DNA of 64,000 nucleotides from the human T2T-CHM13v2.0 reference genome, Homo sapiens: assembly GCF_009914755.1 (NCBI RefSeq), contig NC_060932.1; one strand, written 5' to 3'. A program made the translations under genes and the position numbers. The notes beneath the pieces were generated by a model. That model had not been told where the DNA came from. It ran no database searches and saw nothing but the letters and a program-made list of their open reading frames with translations. Positions 26,967-42,240 of this stretch are shown one piece after another; within the stretch, counting starts at the first letter, position 1; each line of letters begins with the position of its first letter.

Positions 26967-28608
26967 TGTTACAGGATCCTTGGGGTGTTGCTTCACCAGT
27001 CAGAAACCTCTGTGGACAGTGGTGCCTTTGCCTTAGTTTTGCTCAGCTCCACTGGGCTCATCCCACCCACTCAGCCTGGCAGGCTGTGCTTGACTTGTGC
27101 TACTGGCCTGGATTCCATGCCCGCCAAAGTCAATCCAAGTGTGTAGTGGCAAGGAGTCTGTAAGTGAGCATGGGGTTTGGTCACTGCACAGAGCTAGGCA
27201 TGCCAGCTGCAGTGGAGTAGGCAGCTCCAGGTGCTGGTACAGGTACTGGCTCCCTGCATGGTTGCAGCTGAACCAGGTATACTGCAAGTAGCTTCCACGG
27301 CTGGCACCAGGGAATGCAGGGGCACCCAGAAGTTTGGAGATGTCAGGAATGGCAAAGCCCCAAAAGAGGGTGTCACAGCTCTGGCTGAGGGACCTCCTAG
27401 TTCTGGGTTCCTCAATGGGCTGCAGCTCTTCTCTCCATCTTGTCACCCACAATGTGGTGATCGAGGGGCATGTTTCAGCCCTGTTTGTGTTACGGCCCTT
27501 TCAGCCCCGCTATTCGGTGGGTCCCTACTTCTTGTCCCATGCCGAGGAATAATGAGACATGGGACAAATGGAAGGTGAGCAAGGTGAAGAGAAGCTTTAT
27601 TGAGTGATAGAATAAGTCAGAGGTGACCCAAAGTGGGTAGCTCCTCTCCGCAGCCAAGGTGACCCAATGAGTGTTCAGCTCTCAGCAGAGAGGAGACACC
27701 CTGGAGCGGTAGCTCCTCTCCACAGGCGGGCTGTCGATCATCTTCTCAGCTCTCAGCAGAGAAGAGAATTGGGTGGGTAGCTCATCTCTAGAGCTGGTCA
27801 TCCCATCTGGTGTTCAGCTCTCACCAGAGAGAAGACCCTAAAGTGGGCAGCTCCTCTCCACAGTTGGCAGGTCATTGTGTCTTTGAGTCTGGCTGAGTGC
27901 AGGGGTTTTATGGGCTGCATAAGGGAGGAAGTGTGCATTGATTGGTCCATAGGCAGCCATGGGTGGGCCCTGAAAAAGCATCTCATGTTCCCACTCTTGG
28001 CTGCAAGACCAGCAGCCTGGCCCCCAGGCTGCAGGCCCTCCCCAGCTTGAAGATGGGTCTTTACCAGGGACCTGCCTCCTTCCACCTAGGAGCCTGTCTG
28101 CCTCCTGCCACCAGTCATTGCGCCCAGGTCGTCCATGCCAAGGGGGGCCTGCAGGCCATTGTAAAGCTGCCTTCAGCAGCCCTCTCAGCCTCCCTCCCAT
28201 TACAGTTGTTGCTAAAATTCCAGAGGGGTTTGAAGCAGCGAGGTACTGGCATTTCATCACTGCCCCGAACTAGTGCACACCTGGCTAAGCTGCAACAACA
28301 CCCAGGCTCAGCTTCAACCTCAGTCTAAAATTAGAGTGGGCACTGAGAGTAGGGAGAGGTCACGTAGTGGGAGCAGATACCTCCAAGCCTGTAGGGGCAA
28401 AAGGGGGGCCATCCCATGTCCCAAAGAGTACCGAGATGCCAAGGTCCACAGATGCAGCTCCCCAAACTGCAGCTGTGCTTAGGAGGGCAGGGCTCTTGAC
28501 TGTTTCCAGCTCCTGCCAGCTCTGTGGAGAATGCAGCCCAGCCATGCCTGCCCCACTGCAGCCAGTGTCTTGGCTGTGGCCCCTCCAGGTGGGCCACTGC
28601 TGCCGTCA
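26967..28608 (-). mobile_element. MER52A-like ERV1 LTR (3' LTR of the provirus)
   Basis: Termini tgttacaggatcc... and ...cactgctgccgtca; GC-rich; followed by the complement of a polypurine tract (attccccctctg, 28609-28620). Confidence 0.88.
27631..27870. repeat. ~70-bp tandem repeat (about 3.5 copies) inside the MER52 LTR
   Basis: Unit 'gtgggtagctcctctc...tcagctctcagcagagargaga' recurring near 27631, 27702, 27771 and 27841. Confidence 0.85.
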
Positions 28609-30510
28609 ATTCCCCCTCTGAAGAGGTACATCTACCTGCCTATAAATGAGGGTCAATGACCACTTGTAACTGTTTCACGCTGGCAGGGAGCAATGTTTTG
28701 GGGGCAACAACTGTCAAATCTTTCTCAGAAGCTTACCTATGGGTTCCCAGTAAAAGGGAGCCATTGTCTAAGGCTCCGTTTTCATAACCATTTGGAGTTT
28801 AATGGCCCATCCATTTTTTTTTCATCTGAGCTGCAATCAGAGGTCACTGGTTGATTCACCCCCACAATTTGTCAAACCTGAAAATTGCTCAAAAGAAAGT
28901 TTTCCTTGACTCTGAAAATAAATAAATAATAAAAAAAGAATCAGCAATGTTCCAAGCAAAAAGTTTAAAAATATATATGTATTACTTCAGTCTTCTATTA
29001 GTTCAGTCCACCCAGTTGACTCCTGTTCACTATCTCCAAAGTTACCAGGAACCTGCACTCAAGGATTATAATCCATCTTTTGAAGGGGATCAATACAAGA
29101 CAACAATTGTCAGTAAATGTCAAAATGTCCTAGGGTAGTAACAGTCAAAAGCATGACTGACAAAAAAAAAATTGGTCACCTCTCTGGTTTACAATAACCC
29201 AACACAATAACCCTAATTATGATTGGTAACACATACTCAAACATTTGAATTTTAGACATCCTGTACAATTTTGGAACACATATTAACATTATTTACTAAA
29301 ATATATACTGAAGAAGACGAAATAACACCCAATCTCAACAATCTTATGTAACTAAACAAGTAAATTAATCCTGTTTACCTCTCCTTTGGATGCTCCAAAG
29401 GCCCTCTGTAGCATCCTAAAGTTAGGTGTTAGAAAATACAATTTTGAAGCTGAAATTTAATTTTGGGAAAGCAATAAAATATGTTAAAAGCTTAAAACAC
29501 TTACTGTTATGAAATAGGATTCCAGGTTACCATAAGTCATTTTTTTAGCCAAAACAATGACTCCAAAATTTTTGTTTTAAAAAGGCAAAAATCTTTATAC
29601 ATTAAGAGGGAAGACTTAGCTTTTCAAACACTCTGTCTCTTGTCATTCCTTTTTTTCAGTATTCACAAGGCAGACAAACACCTTTCATTCTCCTTTAATA
29701 TTACATTAAAATCTTGTTCAAGAGAGAAAACCAAATTTCACCTTTGCATTAGTCTACTATTAATGTCAACTCCATTTTTTAAATGAAAACTTATAGACAA
29801 ATTGATTCAATCTTAATCAGTTTGACCATAAGAAGAGAGTCTCATAAACCTTTTCCAAATTTGTGTTAAAGAGCAGATTAGTGTCTTTGTGCTTTTATTT
29901 CAATGTTCAATTTACTTAACAACCGAGTAATACCGTTTTGAATTTAGTCAATATGTTCACACACAGAATTTATTTTAAAACATTAATTGGTACAAAACTT
30001 CCACACCTTGTTCAAACTTATAGCTCTATCTCATGTAATGCAGAACAATCCTTGAACCCTCTAAGCTTAGGCAGAAATTTACAATCCCATGCCTTCTTAT
30101 ATTCCACCACCAAAACCACATTCCACTGTTTTACACACATTATATGCAAATTTGTTTTGAGCAGTTTCAATTACATGTTATAATGGGAACTCTTAGCAAT
30201 TTTTATTTTTTGTGTAAAATTTGGTAAGTTATTTTAATTATGTACTAGATGCAGATAAAGACTGGCTCTTTCCAGCATAGTTAGGAGTGTGGTTAATTCC
30301 ATATGTCCCCAGGCCTTACCAAACTGTAAAGCAGGCAAGTTAAATAATTTTCCAAAGCCAAAGAAACAGTTTTTTACCTGAAAGCATTCAGCAAACCTAG
30401 TATCTGACCTGCATACTTTGGATCATATGTCTACATTCTGAAGACATTTTTGTATTACCGGTAATCTCCAGAGCTGTTTTTATTTCTCAGAATTTAAAGT
30501 CACATGAACT

Positions 30511-32291
<1,781 letters not shown>

Positions 32292-32493
32292 CTTTATACT
32301 TATTTTTTATTATTAAAGGATCTATTAAAGGATATTTCTGCTGGATATGGCTAGGTTGCAAGTGTTTTTTATTAATACTTTATAGATGTCTTTTGACTCA
32401 TTGGATTTCTGGCACTAGGTCTGTAGCTAATTCTTCTACAGTTCATCTGTAGGTAATGTCTTTTTCTCTCATTACAATTTTTTTTCTCATAAA
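32292..32493. other. Putative L1 3'-transduced segment (old antisense L1M-like sequence)
   Basis: Lies between the L1 A-tail and the second TSD copy (aaagtcacataaact, 32494-32508); the ERV sequence resumes only at the TSD. Confidence 0.72.
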
Positions 32494-34289
32494 AAAGTCA
32501 CATAAACTAGAAGACATTATAGCTTTTATTTTTCTTTAAGCCAGTCACTTAGAGCTCTTTTTTATATAAACATCACACACAACACGTTTATAACTACACA
32601 GATGAACAAAAGAAGATCCAGTATTTCTAAGATTTTTCATTTGCCTTAGAATCTGAGAGAAATCTCTCTGCTTCCAATTCCAGGGTTTCCATGAGGGAAA
32701 CAGAAATTTTTCCCAAGACAAGGTCTGTGACACCTCTTCTGTTTGACCAAGGAGTCCCAGGGTATCAGAAGTTATCCTAAGGCCTCTCATGTATGTGTCA
32801 AGAGTGGAGAAAAATAATCCAGTGGATAGAGAAGAAAATAAATGTTCTAGAAAAACAAAATCCAAGAAGTGAAAAGACATAAAGGCCTTTTAAATGTACC
32901 AATAGCTGGGCTACCCACTTTTAATTAAGCTGACTTTTGACCATAGTAGTCCCTTTTTAAAAGGTCATTTTAAATCTCTTATTACCTGACCTTAGCCGCA
33001 GCAAATGGCCAATGCTTCTGGTTTTTGAACTCATGGAGTAGCAGATAATGCAGTACTTTTTACCATTCCTACAACCAGTTTGCACAGAGAGAGGGAAGCC
33101 AGAAGTCCAACTATCTAGAATTTTTAACCTTTTACTGGTACATCAGGCTTCTGGGTTCCCTTCCCCTGAGTTATGAAGCCCTGTTGACCCTGGAGTCCTG
33201 TGAAGAGGAAGCAAAGAGGTTACCTGCATTCTGTAAAATTTGTCCCTTCTCAAGAGATTGCTCAGTCAGAAATTAGGTTTTATGCATCTGAGGGGAATGC
33301 CCTGTAGTACAGTGACACAATTACCCATCTGCAAAAAGAGGGCAGAAGAGGAAAAAGGAAAAAAAATAAGACATTTTTTTCCCTCCTTCTAGAGTCTGAG
33401 GGTCAAAGGGGTGACCCAGTGATTCAGGATGCACTCAATAGGAGTACAGGCTGAAGATAGTTGGTTCCTCATCTGGAAAGAGGGGGAAAATGTGTACCTT
33501 TGTTCCTTACTCTTTCCAGTGAATACCCAGGGTATGTGAGGGAGACACAAACAAAAAAGGTATCCCTTTCTTTCTTCCAACCTTATATCCCTAAGTCCCG
33601 GTGACCTGTGCAGGTGCCGACCATGGGTGCAGGTATGACCTTCCCCTATGAAGCAGGGAGGCATAGCCGGCAGGATTATTTACATTCACCTAGTGGTACC
33701 TTAACCTCCCACTATTGGTAACCGTTGAGTTCACTAGACCTTGTTTATGCCACGATGTGAGTATGAACTCCATCCACAAAGTGGGAGGGCCTATTCGGCA
33801 GGAATGAGTCATGCTCACCTGCGCTGTGCCCCTAGGCTTCTGCTATCATCTGCCTCTGGATCCCCCAGATGTGGATTTTCTGTCTAGGGTGTCAAACTGA
33901 AGCTTGGGACAAAAAGCTGCCTCAAGAGGGTGTATGGATCCATTGAATTAGTCCCAGGTGGCCCTCACCAAATTGCAGCCTGCAACTAGTGGGGTCAGTA
34001 ACTCCATTGCTCTCCTATCATAAGCAGGTGAAGCTGTGGGCCCAGGTCCCCTTCAAACAAGGGAGAGAAATGGAGTCCCAGGAACTGGGGACGTGGCCTA
34101 ATAAGTGCCTCCCAAAAGGAGAAAAAAAAAACCCTCACATAGAAAAGCTCCCCACATTCACAGGACTATGTTGACTCCTGACATGGTGGAGAAAGGAGAA
34201 CATAAGTGCAGGGGAGGGGAAAGTACCTAGGGGGAAAAGCCTCTTGCTCTATGCAAATGGGTTCCTTCAACAGGGAAAGAGAACAGTAA

Positions 34290-34480
34290 GCAAGAGGTCT
34301 CTTCAACTACAACTAAAGGGTTGAAGAAAATATTGGTTAAAGCCTTTCCTGAGATACCCCTCTTGGTCATGCTAAGAGAGGAGCCGGGGGCTAGATTGGA
34401 GAGGATAACTGAAAGGCCTGCTCCAGTGTCCAGAGGGGGTCCACCTTCCTTCCTTCAACTTCCAGGATCACCCGGGGCTC
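34290..34480 (-). pseudogene. Gammaretroviral-type aspartic protease remnant
   Basis: EPRVILEVEGRKVDP (frameshift) LDTGAGLSVILSNLAPGSSLSMTKRGISGKALT; DTGA codons at 34419-34430. Confidence 0.85.
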
Positions 34481-34524
34481 CTGTATGGTAATGGTGGTCT
34501 GGACCACCATTTGGCTGGTCTCAA

Positions 34525-35436
34525 GCTCTTGTCACATGCCCAGGAAGAATGAAGTATGCAGACAAATGGATGGTGAGCAAGGTGAAGAGATTTATTGAGT
34601 AATAGAACAGCTTAGAGGAGACCCTGGGGTGGGCAGTTCTTCCCTGTTGGTTGGCAGGTCACTGGAGTCTGGCAGACTCCAGGGCTGTCCATGGACAGCC
34701 ATGGGCGGGCCTGGAAAAAGCACCACAAGTTCCCACTCCACGCAGCGGGATCGGCAGCCCCTCCCCTAGGCTCAGGCCCTCCCATCTTGAAAGTGGGGTT
34801 TCACCAGGGACCCACCTCCTTCTGCCCAGGGGCCTGTCTACCTCCTGCCTCCTTTCATGGCGCCCAGGCTGTTTGTGCCAAGGGGCGTCTGCAGGCCAGC
34901 GCAGAGCTGCTCTCAACACCCCCTCAGACTCACTCCTGTGCTCCTCAGTGCCCAAAGTCTGGATGGGGGGCGAGGCAGCAGGGGGCTGGCATGTCAGTGC
35001 TGCAGTGAGTGTGTGCACACCCGGCCAGGCTACAACAGCACCTGGACTTGGCCTCAACCTGTCTCTTAGATCGGAGAGGCCACAGGGTGTGAGGAGAGGC
35101 CAGGTAGCAGGAGCAGACACCTCCAAGCCTTCCCAGGCAGAGGGGGCCTTCCCAGGCCCCGGAGAGCGCAGAGATATCCAGGTCCACAGCCACAATTTGG
35201 GTGGCTGTAGCCGTGCCCAGAAGGGTGGGGCTTGTGCCTACTCCAGGCCCCCAAGAACACAGGGAGGCCAGGGTTGCAACTGCGACTTGGGCAGTTCCAA
35301 CTGCTCCTGGGTGGGCGGGGCTCCCACCTGCTCCTTGCTCCTGCTGGCTCCGTGGAGCATTCCGCTCAGCCGCACCTTTCCAGCTGCAGCCGGTATCTTG
35401 GCAGCAGCCGCTCCAGGCAGGCTGCTGCTGCCATCA
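34525..35436 (-). mobile_element. MER52-family 5' LTR, lacking about 560 bp of its 3' (R/U5-side) part
   Basis: Ends ...gctgctgctgccatca; homologous to 27530-28608; near-TSD catg (26963-26966) / caag (35437-35440). Confidence 0.85.
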
Positions 35437-37085
35437 CAAGGACCCTATAAAAACACTGACGCGAGAATTAGCTTAAATCACCTTCTCAGCTTTAAGAGAG
35501 TAATGCCAGCTCACAACATATCAATGATGAAAATTTTCTGTTCATCTCTCCCCGATTTCTCCAATTCAAACTTAGTGATGGGTATGGGTCAGGAACGATG
35601 GTTAGCAAGGTGGCAGAGCAGGAGGAAAAGAAGCAAACCATGTTTCTTCCTTCATTACAGTCTTCTCCATTGTAATGAATCCAAACTTAGAGGTGGAGGG
35701 ATGGAGGAGGTACTTTGACTTTGAATCCAGTTTGAAGTTTGTTTTTGGCATGTCATTGGAGATTTCAATAACTAAAGTAAATACAATTTGTATTACAAAA
35801 TATGAGAAGAAAAGTCATAAGAAAGAAAGGCTCTCTGTATTTTCTCTTGTGTCAGTGGGAAAATTAGCTCCACTGTATATATGTAAAGGAATGGTGGAAA
35901 ACCAACATAAAATTGCTTTATGATTAAATCTCCAAAGTCATGTATTTCAGTATAATAGTTTGATTGGAAATATAGAAAATTGCACAGACCAAAAATAGAC
36001 AATTTTATTGATGTAATTGTTTCTAAAACCTGCATGCTAAAATAATAATTTTTGCTTAAAAACAAAAATGTAACTAAATTGAACTAACATTTCATAAGAC
36101 TAAATAGCTGTTTCTGTTCTCATTTTATGTTGTGAAGCTACACACAATGTAAAGGAAGGATGTTTTCCTTCTCTTATGAATGTAATTAGTTTGTGGAGTT
36201 TGATAACCAGACATAAAAAGCTCTGTAAAATTTTTCCAGACACATTTCACTCAACTGTAGTTCTTTACAGTTTTCAGTCACATTCCGAGGGGCATAAATA
36301 GATGTATTACCTTATTTACATAATAGAACCTTGAAGCCAGCATAGCTATTGCATAGGCCACCATGTCAGTGAGAGCTTTAGAGTCTCAACTCAGGCTTAA
36401 GAAGAGATTCCAATATGCATTCAAATGAGTCAGCTGTATATACATACAAACTTTCAAAAAAGAACCTAGAAATGGTTGAACCAAATTGATTTCCATCCTA
36501 AGAAAACTTGTTTAAATTGATAGGATAGCAAGAAGCACATAGCATACAATATACTTATTTCAGTTTTCACTTTGTTTTGAGAGTGATAATAAAGATTTTG
36601 ATATTAATCTGGTATGATGGAAAATCCTTCAGTAAATTAAAATTTCTATTTTTAATCACTGTATTATTACCATAAAATATTACAAATGCATGACTAATTT
36701 TTAAAAGCATGTATCAGGCAAAATAATCCATAAATGACCAGTTTTAAATATATGCATTTTAACAACGTTTTTATATAGTTCCACTTAGAAAAAAAAAAGA
36801 TCATTCTATTAATAGTCTAAACAGTTTAGTTTTATGGAATAATATTTAATAATAAAACAGTTAACATGCCTAGCTTCCTAAAATTAACATAAAATACAAA
36901 CAGACCTAGAATCAGTAAATACCTGTTTTAAAATTCTTTAAAAAATGCAAACAAACATAAAATCATAAAACGAAAGAGGTAGAAGATGCTTTAAACCTCA
37001 TTAAACCTCACATGTCACTTTAGGAGAAGGGAAGTAAGACTTAAAGAGTAGACAGATTTTTGATGGTAGAAAATAACTGACAGCA

Positions 37086-37421
<336 letters not shown>

Positions 37422-38049
37422 TCACAGTTGTAAATTGTCAGTCTTTTCCTGCTGACTATTGCAAAGCCAGTATCTGGCTTAACTCATGTCATCTTTATGT
37501 GACTCTCTAGTTGGTGACTATGTTTAATGATCTAGGGAGAGCAAAGCATTCTTCATTTTTTTTCTTTCTTTATTTATCTTTAAAGAAAATTGAGAAGAAA
37601 TAACATGTTGTCTGTTCCAAATCCTTTTATTGATAATTTTATTTTTTCCACCCAAATGGAAACAACATTTATCTCTATCATTATAGTAACTAAACACAAG
37701 GCGCTCCCAGCAAATTCATATTATCTGTCTTTAAGGTATAGCAAACCTTCTAATAGACAACTGACACTCTAACTCCAGCTTCTGCCAATTTTACCGTAGT
37801 CCCTTCTAGATATGACAGGATTCTATCATTGTAAAGTTAAATTTACTTTGAACACTATAAATCTCTCCTTTTACATAATATGCAAGAAGGAAAATACAAT
37901 AGTAATTCTCTTCATAATGTTGGTTTAAATATAACATATTCAAACTCTACCTTTACATCTAGTTAAAAAAGTATTGGCAAGCCATTATGTTCTATGTTTT
38001 ACAAATTTAAATGAGTCCATATTCTAATCCATAGTTCTGAGGAGATACG

Positions 38050-38250
38050 GAGGTCTGACCGGATTTGAACGTGAAATCCACTGCATCACTGATTTTAGGC
38101 AACACGAACCCTTTCAGTCTCAGTGAAAATAAGCAACACAAAGATAGATAATAATTCTCACCTCATAAAATTGTTTGAAGGAATAACAAAACCTATGTAA
38201 CTATGTCTAGCAGAGTTCCTGATGATATGTATTAATTCAATAAGAATTTG
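38050..38250 (+). mobile_element. MIR fragment
   Basis: 'ctgaccggatttgaac...ctcacctcataaaattgtttgaaggaataa'. Confidence 0.55.
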
Positions 38251-39359
38251 TCTCCAACTTTTTTCAGTAAATATATTTTTCTCTCAGAAATTTTAACATT
38301 TTTAGTTTTATATGTGTATTTTATATGCGTATACCTGTTTTATTTTTGAATAGGATTTATTGAAGAACCCTCTTGTCAATTACTTTTTATAAAAATAATT
38401 TTTACTAAATATAAATGTTAATATTTCTCAATGCATTTATTGCCATGAATAATGGAATGGTTTTCAACAAAGTAAATAATAGCAAACTTTAGAATTCAAG
38501 TATTTATACAATTACTTGTATGTTTGATAAATTCACATTTAAATGTAAATCTAAGGACTTAGAAATAGAAGCTAAATATATAGATTAAACTACATATATC
38601 AACATTCTTTAACATTTTTATATAATTAATATTAATAACACTGGAAATAATGGAGTTAAGAATCTCAAACATATGACTTTGTAGTTATTTAATTTGTTAC
38701 ATGTCCTGTAGGTGCCCTTGTCCTGTTTATTTTAAACTGTTACATAGTTGCAAAAATAGACCCATTTCATAACAATGTAGTAAGGCATATATTCTTGCAG
38801 ACTTTAGAATTCACAGAAATAAAGATCTGTGGCTTTTTTTTTATTCCTGGCTCTGTTTCAAGAAGAGAGAGTAACTCAAAAACAGAGTAATTGTACTTGA
38901 TAGGCTAAAAGCTTTGGGTGAAATTCATTTATCCTTCTGAGCTCAGCATCCCTAGGAGAACCTGTCAGTGAACCCTGGGATATTTCCATCTTCTGAGTAC
39001 ATAGGGCTGCTAGCTTTAGTTTATCCTATAATTTCTTTCTAACTTTATGCCTATTCTTGGCAGAATCTGGAAAAGAATTGACTGGTTCTTAGATCCATTC
39101 CTCTTACACAGCCTCAATAACTTTTTACTCATAAAATATAGGAATGTAATTCCTAGTCCACCAGTTTTGTTTGTTTCATATCTCTTAGTTCCAAAACACA
39201 TATTCCTGCCCTGAAATCTTATCCTACTCATTCATTTTTCTTTTGAAACGCTCTTCTGCTTTCCTATTTTTTTACAACCATTAAATGTATCATAATAATA
39301 GATTGATTTAAATGAGTATTCTTTTTTGTATTTAAGAATGTATACATATTCATTATATA

Positions 39360-39568
39360 GAGACTGTTGATGCCAAAATCTAATAGGAAGAGGTTAGAAA
39401 TGGTGGGGGAGTAGATTTTATTAAACTTGTAAGGTGTTCATGACATTTAGTACCTGAAAGTCAAGGATGCTTAGTGACATATAAGAAGAGACCATTCCTA
39501 AGGAGTAAAGACATTTCTCTCCCACCCACCCCCAAAATGCCAAATGTTACCTCATTAAGAAATGCTGA
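39360..39568. mobile_element. hAT-Charlie (MER20/MER112-like) fragment
   Basis: 'gacatttagtacctgaaagtcaaggatgct...cccaaaatgccaaatgttacctcattaagaaatgctg'. Confidence 0.45.
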
Positions 39569-41859
39569 ATTTACTTTAGATCCTTAAATGAACTTTCATT
39601 TGATTTTTCCCACTTGAATGTTAATGAGATTCATATTTTCCAAAATTTATTAAGTGACTGCCTGATAATACAAGTTATAATTTGGGGCATTTATTGTTTT
39701 ATAATAATGTTTATAATTAATACAAATACATTTTTAAAAGTAAGCATAAAATATTAAAATCAGTGTGGTGTGTAGATATAGCAAAATACTGACAGTGGTA
39801 AGCCAATGATAGCTGTTTGAAAAACTCTAAATTTGGGGTGTTTCTCATGTGTGCATGTGTGTGTGTTTAATAACCCAACTTTAATCAATATAATGTTGTA
39901 AGTATATGGACCCATCCAAATAAAAACATTTTTTCATTTAAGTTCCTACCCTCCCACATACATATATTATGAATAAATAATAGATTTCTAAGGAGGTAGC
40001 AAAGATGCTTCACAGTCTGACAGCTTGCAAAACTAAAACATGCAAACATTAACTCCATCAACCAAATGTAATTTAGTTTTCCTTCCTACTTATTTATGAT
40101 TAAAATTTGCATCTTGCCCATTCTGTCTCTTCTTTCTTGTATCATCTTGTATTTCTCTACACTTTGTATTTTAGGCTACAAATATTGTTAAACTTTAATT
40201 TGGTAGTCAAGGTCAAATTTATTGGAACTAAATGTTTAAACAGTTCTTGCAAATCTAAGGCTCTTGCAACTGAGATCCAAATTGCATTGCAAGACAGTTT
40301 TGGAACTCAAAGCCAGTAATTTCACAGTTTTCTAATTGGGTTCTTTTAAAATTTTCTGTTTCCTAGGGCAATAATGCTTCACTTACGATCAATTAATAAA
40401 GGCAGAAGGATTTCATGTAGAAATGTATTTGGCAAGAATTTAAAAAGTGGGTATTAATTAAGAATATTCCATTGCCATAATCAAAATCAAGTATATTTTA
40501 ATAAACAAACAAAAAATAGTGTCAAATATGCTTATTCTTTTTCTATCACAGTGAAAAATATTCTCCCATATTAAAAAGAAAAGTGGTAAGGATAAAGTAG
40601 ATTAAAGAAACAACATTCTAAATATCTATGTTGTAAAAAGTAATAGCATGAAAGGTGTGAACACTCCAGGGACAATGGCATATGTACCTAAGGCACTGCC
40701 AACAAAACATTAGTAAGTTAGAATTTTTTTTTCTCTTCTCCATTGTCCATCAAATGAGTTGTTCTATTAGCAACGGATTATGAGTGTTGGCTGAAACCCA
40801 TAAGTGCTCTTTTATAAAGCAGCATGTCAGTGGGCCTCTGAGTCTAAATATCATGAAAGTAATTTTAATCTTTCTGCACTGTATCTATGTGTTGGGCTGT
40901 CAGACTTTTTCAATGTTTTAAGTAATAAACCTACTCACTTAATATCTAGATGAAGGATAGATAAAAGTCAAGAATGTTGTAATATGAATAGAGCAGGAAT
41001 ATTTAAATGCATATATACATTTATACATATAATAACATACCTAAAGGATAATTAAATTTTGACCTTTACTATGATAGCACAACTTAAAAATAAATTCTTA
41101 CTAAAGGTCCAGTTGTCTAATGTCCTCCTGATTTCTGCATAATTCCATGAATGATTCTGTCATAAAGCAATTTCTGTTTATGGAAATGTGATTCAAGTAA
41201 ACAGAACTCCAGTTATGCTTTGCTAATAACTACTGAAATCTGAGCCAATAAATTAACCTTTTGACCTTAACTTTTTTCATTGAAAATCTTTTCTACAAAT
41301 ACAATTAGTACAATTAATTTCATAATTTCATACTAATTTCAACTGTAGTCACTATGGATGAGCAAAGCCAATTTTAAAACAAGTGTTTGTAAGCACAGCG
41401 TATTTTGCTCTAATAATTGTTATTAGAAAGAAGAGTTCTTTATGCATTTTGAAGCAATTTAAACTAGCAGCTCTATTTTACTATTCGTGGGTCATCTAAA
41501 CTGTAAGCATCTGTTGACATATTTAAAGCTGTTTTTCTGCAGTGAATTGTAAATTAATATTTCAATCAAGATGATCTGTAGCTTTAAGCTATTCAAAAGA
41601 AAATGTGGCTTGACCTATTTAAGATCTTGAAAAGATTCTGAGGAAGATATTTTTAAAATATGATCTCACAGTTATCTTAAAATATAGATTGATGTCAGGT
41701 GAACTGTCTAATCTTAGAAAACTGATAACCTTCTAACAGCAAAATGTCAAAAATATCTTTGACCTATCTAAAATTATGAGTTCTATATGGATAAAATAAG
41801 ATTAAACCTATTAAAACACTTTTGAAATAAATAAATTCTCTGTTCCTCTCAGGCATTAT

Positions 41860-42240
41860 TAGATAAAGGAATCTTAATGTAATCTTCTTATAAAGTAACA
41901 TAAGCCATGTTATCCTGTGGTCAAAAAGCCTTCTGGGGCTCCTCTATCCTTCCAAATTCAGTGCAGATTCTTTTACATGGTCCTTAATACCCTCCAGAGT
42001 AGTTACAAACTATTTTCCAGACATACTTTATATTATCAATGCAGACGCTGAACTGCATTCGTCGTCATTATTTAAACTACTTGTCTCATGATTTGGCATC
42101 TCAGAATCTTTTGCATTATCATCTCTTTATCCTGGAGTGTGTCTTTCATCTTTATCCAAAAGTAGCTGCCTTATTCTCATTTCTATCCCCAGGATCGAAT
42201 AAAAGGGCAAGAAAACAGTAGGATTTTGGCACATAGTAGC
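41860..42240 (+). mobile_element. L2 3' fragment
   Basis: 'ccatgttatcctgtggtcaaaaagccttctggggctcc...cttttgcattatcatctctttatcctggagtg'. Confidence 0.55.

Noticed and set aside
27631-27870. Regularly spaced ~70-bp repeats as a CRISPR-like array
   Set aside because: Degenerate tandem units inside a known LTR family; no unique spacers and no cas genes; eukaryotic context.
26949-28621. Cluster of 60-140-aa ORFs on both strands
   Set aside because: All lie within the GC-rich MER52 LTR; chance ORFs.
34650-35436. CpG-island promoter
   Set aside because: The GC richness is LTR-derived and many CpGs appear decayed to TpG/CpA; no associated gene is visible.
34651-35718. 355-aa ORF, the longest in the window
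   Set aside because: It runs antisense through a GC-rich MER52 LTR into flanking DNA, starts at a non-ATG codon, overlaps several other open frames and has no recognisable domain. Stop-poor GC-rich LTR sequence explains it.
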